Source: Camelus ferus (taxonomy: Eukaryota). Taken from it: a stretch of 64,000 nucleotides of DNA. The position numbers and the translations under genes were made by a program. This document shows positions 13,270 to 25,100 of the stretch, in pieces (the stretch's first letter is position 1; each line of letters begins with the position of its first letter). The DNA lies in contig NC_045696.1 in the NCBI RefSeq assembly GCF_009834535.1, positions 105,464,001 to 105,528,000 on the forward strand, written 5' to 3'. The notes under the pieces were generated by a model. The model was not told the origin of the DNA and made no database searches. It saw only the letters and a program-made list of their open reading frames with translations.

Positions 13270-13560
13270 TATTCAATCAAGGAAGAAATATGCTTTGAAA
13301 TGAAAACGCTCCTCTTTCTGATCTGCCTGGCTCTCCTTTCTCCTGCCTTCTTAGTATGCATGAATTCAGCCCCCATTTCAGGAGTACTCTCAGCATCTTC
13401 TCCACGCGGTTGGGGCTGGACTGGGCTCCCTCCCCTTGCCCCCCTCCTGTCTTCTCCAAAGACAAATTGCTTACATCTGTCAAGGCTTTTCTGATTAATA
13501 GAGGAATACGCCATGGGATGCCATCAGGGGTTCAGAGGCTTTTGATCAAAGGGGGAGGGG
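13270..13560. promoter_or_regulatory. Candidate enhancer with TCF/LEF motifs
   Basis: Repeat-free; CTTTGAA near 13292, TGATTAAT near 13492, palindromic TTTGATCAAA at 13541-13550 containing ATCAAAG. Confidence 0.4.
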
Positions 13561-14394
13561 GGCCAGGCCACACATCCCTAGTGGTTCATTTATCAGGTCA
13601 GTTCGGCACCTTTCCTCCCATGTGCCCCGGCAAAGGCCTGCCCACCAGCCCGCCATCAGCTCCCACGCCCCCTCCACAGCAGAAAAGGGAGAGAGAGGAA
13701 GCGGTGCTCCGGTGAGGGGCCAGTGCGGAACCAGAGGCAAGGAGAAGGGAAAAGCAGCAAGCTCAGGAGCCTGGCCTGGGCACTGAGTGGGGCGGCACAT
13801 CCCAGGATCTTCACTTCTGGGCAGACACTGGGCTCAGCATCTCCCAGGCAATTCCCCAAAGTGTGGGATAAAAGGAGGGAGGAAGGGGCCCATGGATGAG
13901 TGAGGTACATCAGAGAGAGAATGCGGCACGAGGGATCTAAGACAAGCACGAGTAAAGGAGGGGAGGAATGGCTGAATTAATGAGTCGCTAAGTGTCTGAA
14001 TGGGCACAAGAATTTGCAGTCCTTACAAAAGTTGGATTTTATAACAGATTCATGTCTCATTCTTTCTTCTAGTCACCCATTGGTTGATGTCAACGAGACA
14101 CAGCTTCCAGGAGCAACACTAAGGCAACTTGGGAGGAACTCAGGCCTCACCTCCACCCAGCTCTAACAGGCCCTGGGAGCTGGGCGAGAGCAGATGAGGC
14201 GGGGCGGCCGGGAGACTCAGGCCCAGGGAGGGGCAGCCCGGTCCCTGAGGTGCGGCTGGTGCCCATCACTGGCTCTGTGTGTCCTCAGCTACGAGGTCAC
14301 TGCCCACTGTCCCCCATGAGCTCGCCTCTGCTGGCGATCTGTGACAGGAGCTGCAGACAGCCATGTAGGGTAAGGCTTGGGTTGGCCTTGGAGA

Positions 14395-14580
14395 CGGATA
14401 AATTAGGCTCTGAGGATTTAGATTAGACTAATTTAATGACACGGATGACTGGAGGGATTGAAGTTCCTGGCCACAATTTTTTTCTTTCAACTTGCTCAAC
14501 AATTATTTCCCTCAAGTTAGTTGCAGATGCAGCCTGCCCAGGAATTATAATCCATTCCTTACTGAGCAATAAGGAGACCA
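14395..14580. promoter_or_regulatory. Candidate conserved non-coding element (homeodomain-site rich)
   Basis: Abrupt AT-rich, non-repeat island in GC-rich flanks with multiple TAAT/ATTA cores (ataaattagg, gattagactaatttaatg, aattataatcc). Confidence 0.4.
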
Positions 14581-15970
14581 GAGATGCTGGCCACGTCCAC
14601 ACGCATGCCCCCCGGGCAGGGGGCCAGAGGGAGGGTGGCGCCACCAGCTGTGTGTGTGCCATGACTTAGAACTTGGAGGACAGGGCCCGGAGCATCTTGC
14701 TGGGCTGGGCTGGCTGTCCTGGAGGCTGGCAGCCAAGAGACACAGCTGGCTGGCTCCCGACTGGGTGGTGACTGTCTCTACCCGCTGCTCTCGGCCCAGA
14801 AGGAGCATCCCACACAGACACGCAATGCACACAGGCACGCAGTCACACATATGGACACATCCAGGGTGAGACACGCATGGATGCTCAATCACAGACACAC
14901 ACAAGCACACAGACCTATTGACACAGACCCAAACCACAAGATACAGACGCCCACAAGGAGACACATCAAGCCCACCTACCCTAACATCCACTGTCCTAGG
15001 CCAAGTAAGGGAGGCACACAGGCAAACAGGCCAAAGCATCACCACATCTCAGGGTTGTGACGGAGGGGACTGTGGAGTCCTGAGGAGCCTACAGTATCTC
15101 TGAGGTCTTCTTGCAGGAGGAGATGCCTAAGGCCAGGGATTAGGTGAAAATGGTAGGAAGGACACTCCTGGTGTAAGGAGGAGCCCAGGCCAAGACCCAA
15201 GGACCCCAGGGAGGAGCTATGTTCAGAGAAGGGCAGTTCACACAGTGTGGCCCAGTCATAAGGACGGGCTGGGAGCATCTGAAGGGAGTCAGACCCTGGT
15301 CTTGCTCCCCCAGCAAGTTAGCCTCAACCTACAGGTACTGATGCTGCTGCGATTCACATTAAAAACACCTTTTCCCTCTGAGTGGGGGCCAATCTGAAGA
15401 CTTCCCAACGCTGGCCAGCCACACTGGCCACGGCGGCTGACCCTCTCCACCACCACCGGTTTCCAGTCCCTTCAGAAGCTGGCCTAGCCCACGGAGGAAA
15501 GATGCTCCTCAGGGGGAATTCACTGCTATCTGTGGGGCCACTGCCTCACCCCCTATTTCGGCCCAGGGTCTCTGGCACATGGGAGGCCCTACATGATGGC
15601 CAGTTCTTAGGGAAATCTGTCGCTCATGTGCTGAGTGAGCAAAGCCAGGCAACTCCCAGGCAGCCGTGTCCCAAGGATTCGGCCCCTGGACCAGGTTCTC
15701 CCTGGAGTGCCCCCACCCCACACTCCTCGCCACCTTCCATCCTTCCCCTGAAGAACTCTTACTCACTCTTCCAAACCAAGCTGAAGTGTCATCTCTTCCA
15801 AAAAGCCTTTCAGAACCCCCAAGCTCACTGTCCCAGGGGAGGCTGACACAATTCCTCAGTGCTTCCCCCCATCACTCCTTACCAAACAGCAGACTCACTG
15901 GCTACATGGGAGAGGGTCTCTCCAGAGACCCCTCTTTCTCTCTGTGGGGTCAGCTTCCCCACAGGACCTA

Positions 15971-16501
15971 CATATTAGCTATCTAATGCTGCATGACAAA
16001 CTATCCCAAAACTCAGTGACTCACAACAACAACTTATTGCCTCCCAGGTTTCTGGAAGTTAGGAATTTAGCACAACAGGGACATCTTGTCCACAGCATCT
16101 GGGGCCTCGGCTCGGGTCTGAAACTGTTGGAAGGAACATTCACCATGGCTGGGGGTTGATGCTGCCTGTTAACTGAGGACCAGTTGGGCGTCTCCGTGTG
16201 GCTTGGGCTTCCTCTCAACATGCTGGCTGCATGCCAAGGGCAAGCAGCCCAGGAGAGCGAGACAGAGACAGACAGGAAGAAACTGTATCATTTTTATGAC
16301 CTAAAATTGGAAGTCATATAGCATCACTTCTGCCATACTCTGTTGATCAAGGTGGCCATACACACCCATCCACACACAGACCCATCCATGGGAATAGACA
16401 AAGGTGCCCACTTCTTGGTGGAAAGAGTAACTGTAAGAAAAGCACGTAGGATGGGATAAACACTGAGGTGTGACTGTGTTTGGAGAATGCACTCTGCCAC
16501 A
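15971..16501 (-). mobile_element. MLT1H-like MaLR LTR
   Basis: tattagctatctaatgctgcatgacaaactatcccaaaactcagtg ... gtgtggcttgggcttcctctcaacatg ... ggaagtcatatagcatcacttctgccatactctgttg ... ctgccaca terminus. Confidence 0.85.
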
Positions 16502-17426
16502 ATCGGTTGCCCACAGGCGCTAAATGAAGGGCTGGTGAATGAATGAAATGAATGAATGGATGAATGACTCTTGTTTTGCACTATCCATCTCTCCTCTGTC
16601 CTCACATAATTCACAGTTAAGATCCAACCAACTCTAACAAGCCCCAGTAGGGAGTCATAGCCCCTCCTTCCATCCTGGAAGCTGAGAGGCCATGAAATCC
16701 CTTCCAGGTTCTGAGTCCTCAGAACTATTCCTACAGTTTCAGTGGTTCTCGCTTGGTCTCCAGAAACAGGGGAGTGGTGAAGGAAATTAGAGAGGCTGCT
16801 GGGGGAGGCAATTTCCTTGCTGATTCACAGATAGGGTTTCAGAAAGCAGACCTATGGAACAAAAAAATTAGGGGAAAGTTTCCTTTAAAAAAAAATAACT
16901 ATCTTCAGTTAATATTTTTAAGAGAGTAAGTGCAACTTGTACTAGCTGATTATAGCTTTTGAGGTCCAGTTTTTGGACAATTACTATGTGCTAATACAGC
17001 GGTTACTAATAATTACTAATATTTTCTTATTAATAACAGAATCCATTGAGATCTTAAAGGACCATACTCTGAGAGTTTTATAAACACTATTTCTGTAACA
17101 GGGCAAAGATGATGACTGTATGAGCATTCAGAGCCTCCTCCACTTGCATATTATGATAGTAATCAGTGGCGAGAGAAAGAAAAGCCCTTTGGTGAAGGAG
17201 GATTTTTGGAGCAGGTGCAGGTTATGGGAGGACTGAGGGGAAGAGGAAAGCAACTTTGGGAAGCATTCTGGTGAGCTATGGAATGGATCTCCAGTGATGT
17301 TCATCAAGGGATGCAATGAAGATTGAAATAACTTTTTAAAATTACTTTTGGCTCCTGGACTGATCTTCCTTAAATGTGACTGCACAGAGTCTGATCCACA
17401 GAGACACTGGAACTTACAAGGGTTGC

Positions 17427-17592
17427 ATCTCACTTGATCCTCACAACAATGAGAGAAATAGAAATTCTCATTGTCTCCTTTAAACAGGTAAGAAAAATCA
17501 GATGCAGGGAGTCTAGACAATGTGACTAAGGTCACAGCACTGAGAAGTGGCTGAGCCAGGGCTACAATCCGAGTCTCTCTGACCTGGAGGCT
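17427..17592 (-). mobile_element. MIR SINE
   Basis: tcctcacaacaa ... aaggtcacagc ... aagtggctgagccaggg antisense MIR core. Confidence 0.75.
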
Positions 17593-18058
17593 GATCTCAG
17601 TGATACGACCACTGTGTGATACCACTTCTTAATCTTCATAGACGGTCATTGGAAGAGTACAAGCATTTCATCAGAGAGCGGTTTCAGGTATTACCCCCCA
17701 GGTGGGAAGGGGGGGACAGTGCAGCTCCTGCCCTATTCAGGTGCCACCTCCTCTGTGCAGCCATCTGTGAGCACTCATGCCCACAGTACATGGAAACGGT
17801 TGGTCTTGTCACCTCTGCCTGGACTGTGACTCCCTGTGTGCAGGGACCACACCTGCTTCCACTCAGGAGCAGCTAGCCCAGGCCTGAGTACATGGTAAGT
17901 ATCCAAAAGAAACTTGGACTGAATTGGGGGGTGAGGACTAGGATTAATCTGAGTCTCATAGGGAGCTTTTTAGAAAGTCAAATCCAATAAGACAAATTTC
18001 ATGATTCCAAATTCAGTCTCAGTTGCTCCCATATTCTCAGTGCTTCCTTTTGTGTTTG

Positions 18059-18540
18059 TGTTACCACCCAGGGTTCTTGGACTCTTTAATCAATAGGAAT
18101 TGATAAGAGGCCAGGCAAGGAATTCAGGCAAGGCTTTATAGGGAGTGAGAGAAAGTAACAGGTTCCCCTACTCGGTCCCCAAGGGGGAGCTCCCAAGGGA
18201 GAGCAAGCACCATCCCTTAAATGGGGTGAGGGTAGGGGCAGAGCAGTGGGTTGGGGCTGGAGGGGTGGCTTAGGTGGTGGCCCACCCCCTTGGTGGTGCT
18301 GTGTGCAGGGATCATGTGTAGTCCTTGCTTTTGCTCCGGACACCTCAGAAGTGGCAGCTGGGTTTTGCCCTTTTTGTATCTTCATGATTTGCCCCAACTG
18401 TGCATGTACACAGTTATTATTTTTAGTCCCTTATAGTTTCTTTGTATTCTGTTGCTCGAGGAGACATTCGTCCAGGTGCAAGCACTGCAGTAAAGGGTCC
18501 CAGGTCCCAGGTCCCAGGTCCCAGTTCCCAGCCTCTCTCA
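18059..18540 (-). mobile_element. Solo ERV LTR (cetartiodactyl ERV1-type), near intact
   Basis: TG...CA termini (tgttacc ... ctctctca); 4-bp flanks tttg/cttg consistent with a TSD carrying one mismatch; minus-strand poly(A)-signal-like tataaagccttgcctgaattc; (ggtccca)n heptamers at one end. Confidence 0.85.
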
Positions 18541-18781
18541 CTTGTTCTGTTGAATGAAAATCTGGGGAACCCATAAAATGAACCAGGGCTCCCTTCCAGA
18601 TCCAGGTCCCTTCTCAATATATCATCACACAGACACACACCCCACTTACTCTGTCATGATCCTGAGGGCCCCATTCTCAGTAGCAATTCCCAAACTCATT
18701 GGTCTGACACACACACAGCCCTCCCTGGGTCTGGACCCACTTCCACCTGTCCTTCCTCACCTCTTATCACTCTTTGCCTTG

Positions 18782-18998
18782 AGCCCTTAGGTAAGTTACT
18801 CAACCTCTCTGAGTCTCAATCACTGCAACTTAGAACAGAGGTGGTAAGAATGTCTGGCATATAGTAATATCTCAGTCAAGAGTGGAGGAATGAATGAAGA
18901 ATACCTACTTCATAGGGTCATCCTGGGATTAGTGAAAATATGAGGAGGAAGGAGCAGCACACACAGTAAGCACTCAGCAAACAGTAGGTACTATTATA
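18782..18998 (+). mobile_element. MIR SINE interrupted by an L2-tail-like segment (~18850-18898)
   Basis: taagttactcaacctctctgagtctca ... [tgtctggcatatagtaa...gaatgaatgaa] ... tacctacttcataggg ... cacacagtaagcactca. Confidence 0.7.
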
Positions 18999-20599
18999 AA
19001 AGAGGTGGAAGGACTGAAACATTGCTCTGAGTGTTTTCATTGCCCCATGAGTTTTCATGTCATTCACAGCCAACATTCCTTACTTTTTTTGAATAACCAC
19101 ATCTCTGTCTGATCTAAGCATTATGAAGAAACAGTAACAAACAAACAAAACCCAAAACCAAAACAAACAGTGCCAAGTAACTCCAAAACTGTCCCCTGTG
19201 ACCACACACATGCCAAGCATAGCTTAGTGGGGCCAGTGCAGCCACCATGGAGAGGGAGAAGTCCTGATGAGAGCCAGCAAAGGAAACCTGAGACCACTCC
19301 TGGGGGTGAGGCAGACTCCAGCACGGAGGCCAAGGCAGCCAGGGTGAGCAGGGAGCCAGCATGAGGCCCACATGCACATCTGCACAGCTCTGGTGCCAGA
19401 GACCCAACTCTGCCCCATGTGTCTGTGGGTGAGTGGAGAGGAGGCTCAGGAGTGAGCCCAACACAGAATCCAGGAACAGAGGAGGACCATGGAGAACTCA
19501 GGTTTCCACCTGGTGAAGCCTCACTGTCAACCTATCAACATGGAGGCTGTCACTCAGCTGGCTCCTAGGGGGCCAACCCCTCCTCTCCGCCCTGTCCCAC
19601 TTTTCATGGTCAGTTCCCCCAGGCAGCAGGCCGAGGGCTGAGGTGGGCCCCATGTGGCTCCAACTGTTCATCCTACTGACATCTGGGTGGAAATCTGAGT
19701 AGCTGTTGGGGCAGGGCCCACCACAGCAAGACAAGTGCTCAATAGATGGGCACTACCATTCTTGCTGATGCAGCTGGGCCCTTCTGGAGCTCACTTGGCT
19801 GGGAGCCACAATCCTGTATGCAGACTTGGTCCTCCTCTCACTCCCCAAGCCAGTGGCCTGCCTGGGGTATAAGCCATCTGGACTCCCAGCCCCACTGGAG
19901 GCAGGTGTCAAGGGGGAGTTGTGGCCTGGATCTGATGGACCCACCAAAGCCTGGCGCTCTGGACCCTGCCAAGTGTCCTGGACCATGAAGAGGTTTCTTC
20001 TAACCCTCCACCATCCCAGTGGATGTCAAACCTGGACCTGAACTCTGACCGCTTCTAGCCTGGAGGCTCTGCTTTTTCCTACCCGCTCAGTGTAGCACTT
20101 TCCCGGCAACACAGATTTTGTTTGGCTTTGCAGGGAGAACAAAGGGAAGGATGAACTCTTGGCCAGCAGGGTCACACTCCTGGTGGGCCTGCTCCTTCTT
20201 CGGGGAGTCAACTAGGAGGCCTGGAGGGGCCGGGCCCTCCCTGAGCAAAGTCGGCTCAGCTGGCTGTGTGGAAAAGTAACCACCAGAAAAGTAGTGCCCC
20301 ATGCCCCACCCACTTATACATGCCTCCCTCCAGTGGGGAAGTGGGTTGGAGCCCACCTGGGCAGCGAGTCTTCCCAGTCAGTTGGGCACGTCAGCACCCC
20401 TGGCAGTCCCTGAGCCCTCCCCTCCTGGGCCTGTGGGAGTGGAGGGGCTGGGGCTTCCCCTGTCCTCCCAGTCTGGAGAATCACCAGCCCCAGGAATGTT
20501 CACTTTTATTTATTGTAGTGGGTTGGTTGGTTGGTTTCTTCCAACTACATAGGAAGGGCTAAATCTGTAGAAGATTGTGCAAACAGAGAAGTGCGGAGG

Positions 20600-21045
20600 G
20601 AGGCAACCGACATTACGGGATTTTTCCTTCCAGTCTTTTTTTCCCCCCTGTTCATTTTTTAAAATACAATTAAAAGCCTAAAGTATTTATCATTCTGCTT
20701 TTCTACCTAGCTCCCACTACCCCTGCTTTGGGTTTAACCTCATATCAGCAAGATTTTTCTCATTTCACCAAACTCTCTTTGTGAACACCATTTTTAGAGG
20801 CTGCGCAGTCTTCTTTCGCTGGGCTGAGCCAGGGTTTGTAGGAACATTCCCCTAGCATAAACTTTGCTTGTTTGCCCTGTGGTATTGCGAAAGTAATGAC
20901 ATGAAAAGCTTTGCCGGCATTCCAAAATATTTCCTTGCACGGATTCCTAGAAGTGGCACTGTTGAGTAAAGTTGTAAGAACATTTTTAGGGTTCTTGGTC
21001 TCTGTTGCCCAATTGCCTCAGAGAGGACTGAATTGGTTTACACTT
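20600..21045 (-). mobile_element. Very old L1 (L1ME-like) remnant
   Basis: tatttccttgcacggattcctagaagtgg ... catttttagg ... ttgcccaattgcc ... tttacact. Confidence 0.55.
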
Positions 21046-21389
21046 GATAAACAGAGCCCTCATCACACTGTGCTTGGTGCCAGTGATAGAGGACCCCCCA
21101 ACCACAGACCTTGCTGCTCGGAACCCGTCATCCTGCCACCACTATCAATTCTGGGATTTCTAAGACCAGTCTCCCTTCTCCCAGGCCCCCAAAGGCCACC
21201 TTCCCCACAAAATAAAGAACTTGAAACATCTTTGGGAAGAGCTCAGGGTCCATGAGATAAGAACAGCAGGTTCCAGAACCTTCCTGTCACCAGGGAGCTG
21301 GGGGAACGCAGGCTGGAGGGTCTTCATTGGTCGACCAGGGCCCCTGAATGGGATGGTCCCCGAGGCCCCCAGCCTGAGGCACAGGGGGC

Positions 21390-21640
21390 AGTATAGGAGT
21401 TGGGGGTCTGGACTGGGGTGTCGAGTTGCCTTGGCTCATATCCCACCTTTGCCACTTGCCAGCCGCATGATCTTGGGTAAGTTATTTACTAGCTTAAACC
21501 TCAATCCTATAATCTGTAAAATGGGAAGGAAGGAAATTAAATTATGTATCAAGGTCTTATGAAGATTGAACGTAACTATATATTGAAAAAAAAAAAGTGC
21601 CCGGCACAAAATAAATACTACATGAAGGATTTGATGCTAT
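21390..21640 (+). mobile_element. MIR SINE
   Basis: tgccacttgccagccgcatgatcttgggtaagttattta ... atctgtaaaatggg ... agtgcccggcaca. Confidence 0.85.
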
Positions 21641-22714
21641 TGAATTTGCAAACACGAACACGACTGAAGGGGATCCTCTAAGGTTGACACAAGCAGTATG
21701 GAGAGAGACAGTGTTCCCAGCCCGCAGCGGTGCGGTTACCTGGCGTTGCCTTCCCCATCTGTCGGACCAGAGGTCTGACGGTGCTGCGCCCCTCAGGCGG
21801 GCAGGCCACCCTGAAACACGACGCTTCCCTGGGAGGGGAGTTGAAGGCCGCTACACCAGGTGGTTATCAAAGCCCAGGCCTCCAGGAGGCTTGGGAACAT
21901 AATCTCCGGAAAGAGATTGTCTGAACTCACTCCGAGGGAACAAGGACGCTGGCCTCTGATAAGCCTGTGCGGCAGACAGTACCTGGGGGCTCAGGGAGGC
22001 CCGGCTGACTCAGCTGGCAGACGTTTTCTTGGGGCTTTGGTGAGTCAGAAGCCAGATCCTTAGATCTAGGTGATGGAGGGTGGCACAGAGATGAGGACAG
22101 AGTCATCTCTGTGGGCCGAAGATGGAGAGAAAGAGCCATGATCAGAAACATGCCTTATCATCAGGGGCCAGCCCCAAGCCCAGCATCCAGCCACCGGGCC
22201 CAGTCAGGACCTCCTAGGGGAGTAGGTGGTTGGCTCGGGGGCTGCTGGGCTCTCAGGAGGAAGGGGCCCTGGCTGCAGTACCCCAGTCAGTCTGCTCAGC
22301 AGCAAGAGGAACGAACCTCTGACTCCAGGACAGGATGTCCTCGTGGCGGAGCCTCGCTGGGAGTGATCCTCAGCCTTTTACAGATTCCAATCGGAAGCTG
22401 CAGTTTAGAGCAGTCAGAGAATGTGCCAGACACGACTAGGTGAGTTAGGGGCCAAGCAGCAGGTGAGCTTCATTTTCCTGAGAAGGGCTCACAGTCTGTC
22501 TCAAAAGACGGTAAGAACCCCCAAGCAGTTGCTGATGTGTTAAAGTCACCAGCAGAAACCAAGTGAAATGATTCTATGTAACGGAAATGAAGTTTCTGCA
22601 GCAAGTTCTCTCTGATGCAGGGAACATAAGAAAGGAGGTGCTAGAAGGTATTTCTTCTTTCTTGCTGGCTTGAAATTCAACATTCAGGTAACAGTCATTA
22701 ATGTTCCCTTCCGT

Positions 22715-23776
22715 GGATCCTGCTACCTATGCAGCTGCCACTCCCCCTCTTTCTCTTTCCCAACAGAACCCTAGTTTTGCTCAGGGTTCCATCTCCCTCA
22801 TGCCTGGCTCCAAAAAGGCACGAGAACCATCCGAAGTCGACAGTTCCCAAACCACACACCAAAGCACCTCAAAGTACTGCAGTGAACTCACTGTGGCTCC
22901 AAGTGATATTTGAAACTTTCAGGGGAAATACAGTGACATCTTTTGGAATCATGAGAACTACCAGCTCAGGGTACTTCACAGTTTTAACATCAATAACACC
23001 ATACCTTTCTTTGTAAAGCCAGCTTTTCAATGGTTGCTGTCATAAAAAGCCAAGTACTGCACAAAAAAATCCATTTAAAAAGCAAAAAAGGCTGGGATGT
23101 CCGATCTGACTCTGGATTTGAGAAGTTGTGCAGGGCCCATTAGGCACACACATCCCATTAGTAAATAACTGTGGTTAAGTAGGAATGATACAAGAAGATA
23201 TTTTTTTCCAATTTATGTGTTTTTTTTTTCAAGTGGCTACTAAGTTGTTAGGACAAAAATATTTATTAAATTGTTTATACCAAATTAGTTAGTAAGGAGA
23301 ACTGATGAGTATTCCTGTTGGCTTTAGATGCCATGAAAAATTACTGAGGCCCTAGAGGGGTATAACTGAGAAAGTTTGGAAACCTCTGCCTTAAGCTAAT
23401 AAGAACAAGGCATTTCCCTGGTACCTGCTCATGGTCCAGAGTGGGCCACTGTCCCTGTCAGACTGAGGATAAGGACACATGTGGCATGGCTGGGGAACTG
23501 ATTCTGTCTCTCTCCTGTGGGGTGAGAACAGAGTGGCACACACACACACCGGCAGCCACTTGTGATCTCAGGGAACTGCCCATAGCATGATACCCATGCT
23601 GAGGACAGCAGAGCCGAGGGACAGGAGACCAGGGTCCCTGGTACTACCACTGAGCTGCTGGACCTGTCCCCCCACCTCCAGGCTTCCTGTCATGAAACAA
23701 GACACTTCCCATTGACTAAAGTTGTGTGAGTTGGACTGTGCTACTTGCAGTCCAAAGCATTCTAAAGTGTAAACAA
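22715..23776 (+). mobile_element. MLT1 (K/L-like) MaLR LTR split by Charlie4a
   Basis: 5' part aacagaaccctagttttgctcagg; 3' part gctgaggacagcagagc ... cactgagctgctgga ... ctacttgcagtccaaagcattctaa..taaaca. Confidence 0.65.
22838..23388 (+). mobile_element. Charlie4a-like hAT DNA transposon
   Basis: gttcccaaac ... ctgcagtgaactcac ... tttgagaagttgtgcag ... cacacatcccattagtaa ... ggctactaagttgttaggaca ... gagaaagtttggaaacctctg terminus. Confidence 0.85.
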
Positions 23777-24552
23777 CCTCACCACGATTCAGGCTGTGTT
23801 AGCAGGAGGGCACGGAGGGGAGCAGGTGGGGCCTCTGCCCTTGAGGAGCCAGGACTCCCTGTGCTCAAAGTCTGCAGCTCCCCTGGGAAAGAGCCAGGAG
23901 GACTGACCCTTCCCAGGGTGACGGTGAGGGCAGTTAGTGCAGGGGTCTCCCAACAACACATCACCCAGGCATCATCTGTGCACTCTGCACGAGGCACCAG
24001 AGCTCACTGTCCCCGTGTGCCTTCTTCACTCACCTGAGATCCTTGAGGACAAATGCTGAGAACCCACCTGGCCCAGCCCCAGACACTAGGCTCCCCAGCA
24101 ACAATGCAGCAACCAATGGAAAGAACTGTAAGAGCAGACGGAGAACAGGGTAAGAGAAGACAGAGGGCTTCTGGGAGAAGAGACCAGTGTTGGTAAATGC
24201 GCAGACATTTACTGACCTAACAAGGAATAAGGGCCTGGCCACTGCTGGCACTGGGCGTCAGTCCCCTCCCCGGGGGAGCTCACAGCGGGGGAGGCAGGCT
24301 TCATGGAGGTGTGTGTGTAATTCCACAACATGGGGCACAAGAAGCAGCTCTGAGGCACAATAACAGGGAGCCCGCTTTAGACTGGTGGTGAGAGAGGGTC
24401 TCCTGAGGAGGGGACACCAGAGCTTCAATGTGATGGCCGAAGAAGAGCAAGCCAGGCAGAGTGGGAACCAACATTGCAGGCAGTGGGGAAAGGGCAGTGA
24501 AGGCCCTGACATGGCCAACACTCAGCAGCTAGATGAACAGAAGAGTCCAAGC

Positions 24553-24758
24553 CAGAGCTGCCAGATTTAGTGACACGTGTGCCCACATGCCCACACACAC
24601 ACACAAGTTAAATGTGAATTTCAGATAAACAACAAATACTTCTTCAGTATACGTATATTCCCAATATTGTGTGGTATATACTTATACCCAGAAAGGATTC
24701 ATGGATTATCTGAAGTCCAGATTTAACTGGGCATCCTGTATTTTATCCAGCAACCCTA
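24553..24758. mobile_element. MER53 palindromic hAT MITE
   Basis: agttaaatgtgaatttcagataaacaac / ttatctgaagtccagatttaact inverted arms; 8-bp TSD gtccaagc (24545-24552) / gtccaggc (24759-24766). Confidence 0.9.
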
Positions 24759-24924
24759 GTCCAGGCTGCCCAGAGCCAAGTGAGCAAGAGGGAAATGGCC
24801 AGAGAGAGATCAGAGCTGGGGCCCCAGGCAAAGCCTGCAGGGCCTGGCAAGGGCTGGATGCTATTCTGAGCATGATGGAAGCCAGAGATCAGCAGTAAGC
24901 AGAGCTATGGCACCAGCAGAGCCC

Positions 24925-25100
24925 ACGTGGCATGGTGCGTAACTCCGGACTCCAGACCCAGGGAAGCTGGGTTCTGGTCCTGGCTGTGCCACTGGTAGCT
25001 ACGAGGTCTCAGGTGAGCTACTAAGCATTCTGTGCCTCCGCTTCCTTACCTATAAAGTGGGGGTGACGAAAGTGATAAGGCCACCCTCACTGGGAGATTC
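24925..25100 (+). mobile_element. MIR SINE nested in antisense L2 remnants
   Basis: ctgggttctggtcctggctgtgccactggtagct ... ctgtgcctccgcttccttacctataaagtgggg. Confidence 0.75.

Noticed and set aside
18496..18531. Short tandem repeats as a CRISPR-like array (also 37101-37130 and 62227-62262)
   Set aside because: No unique spacers; eukaryotic context; simple slippage repeats.
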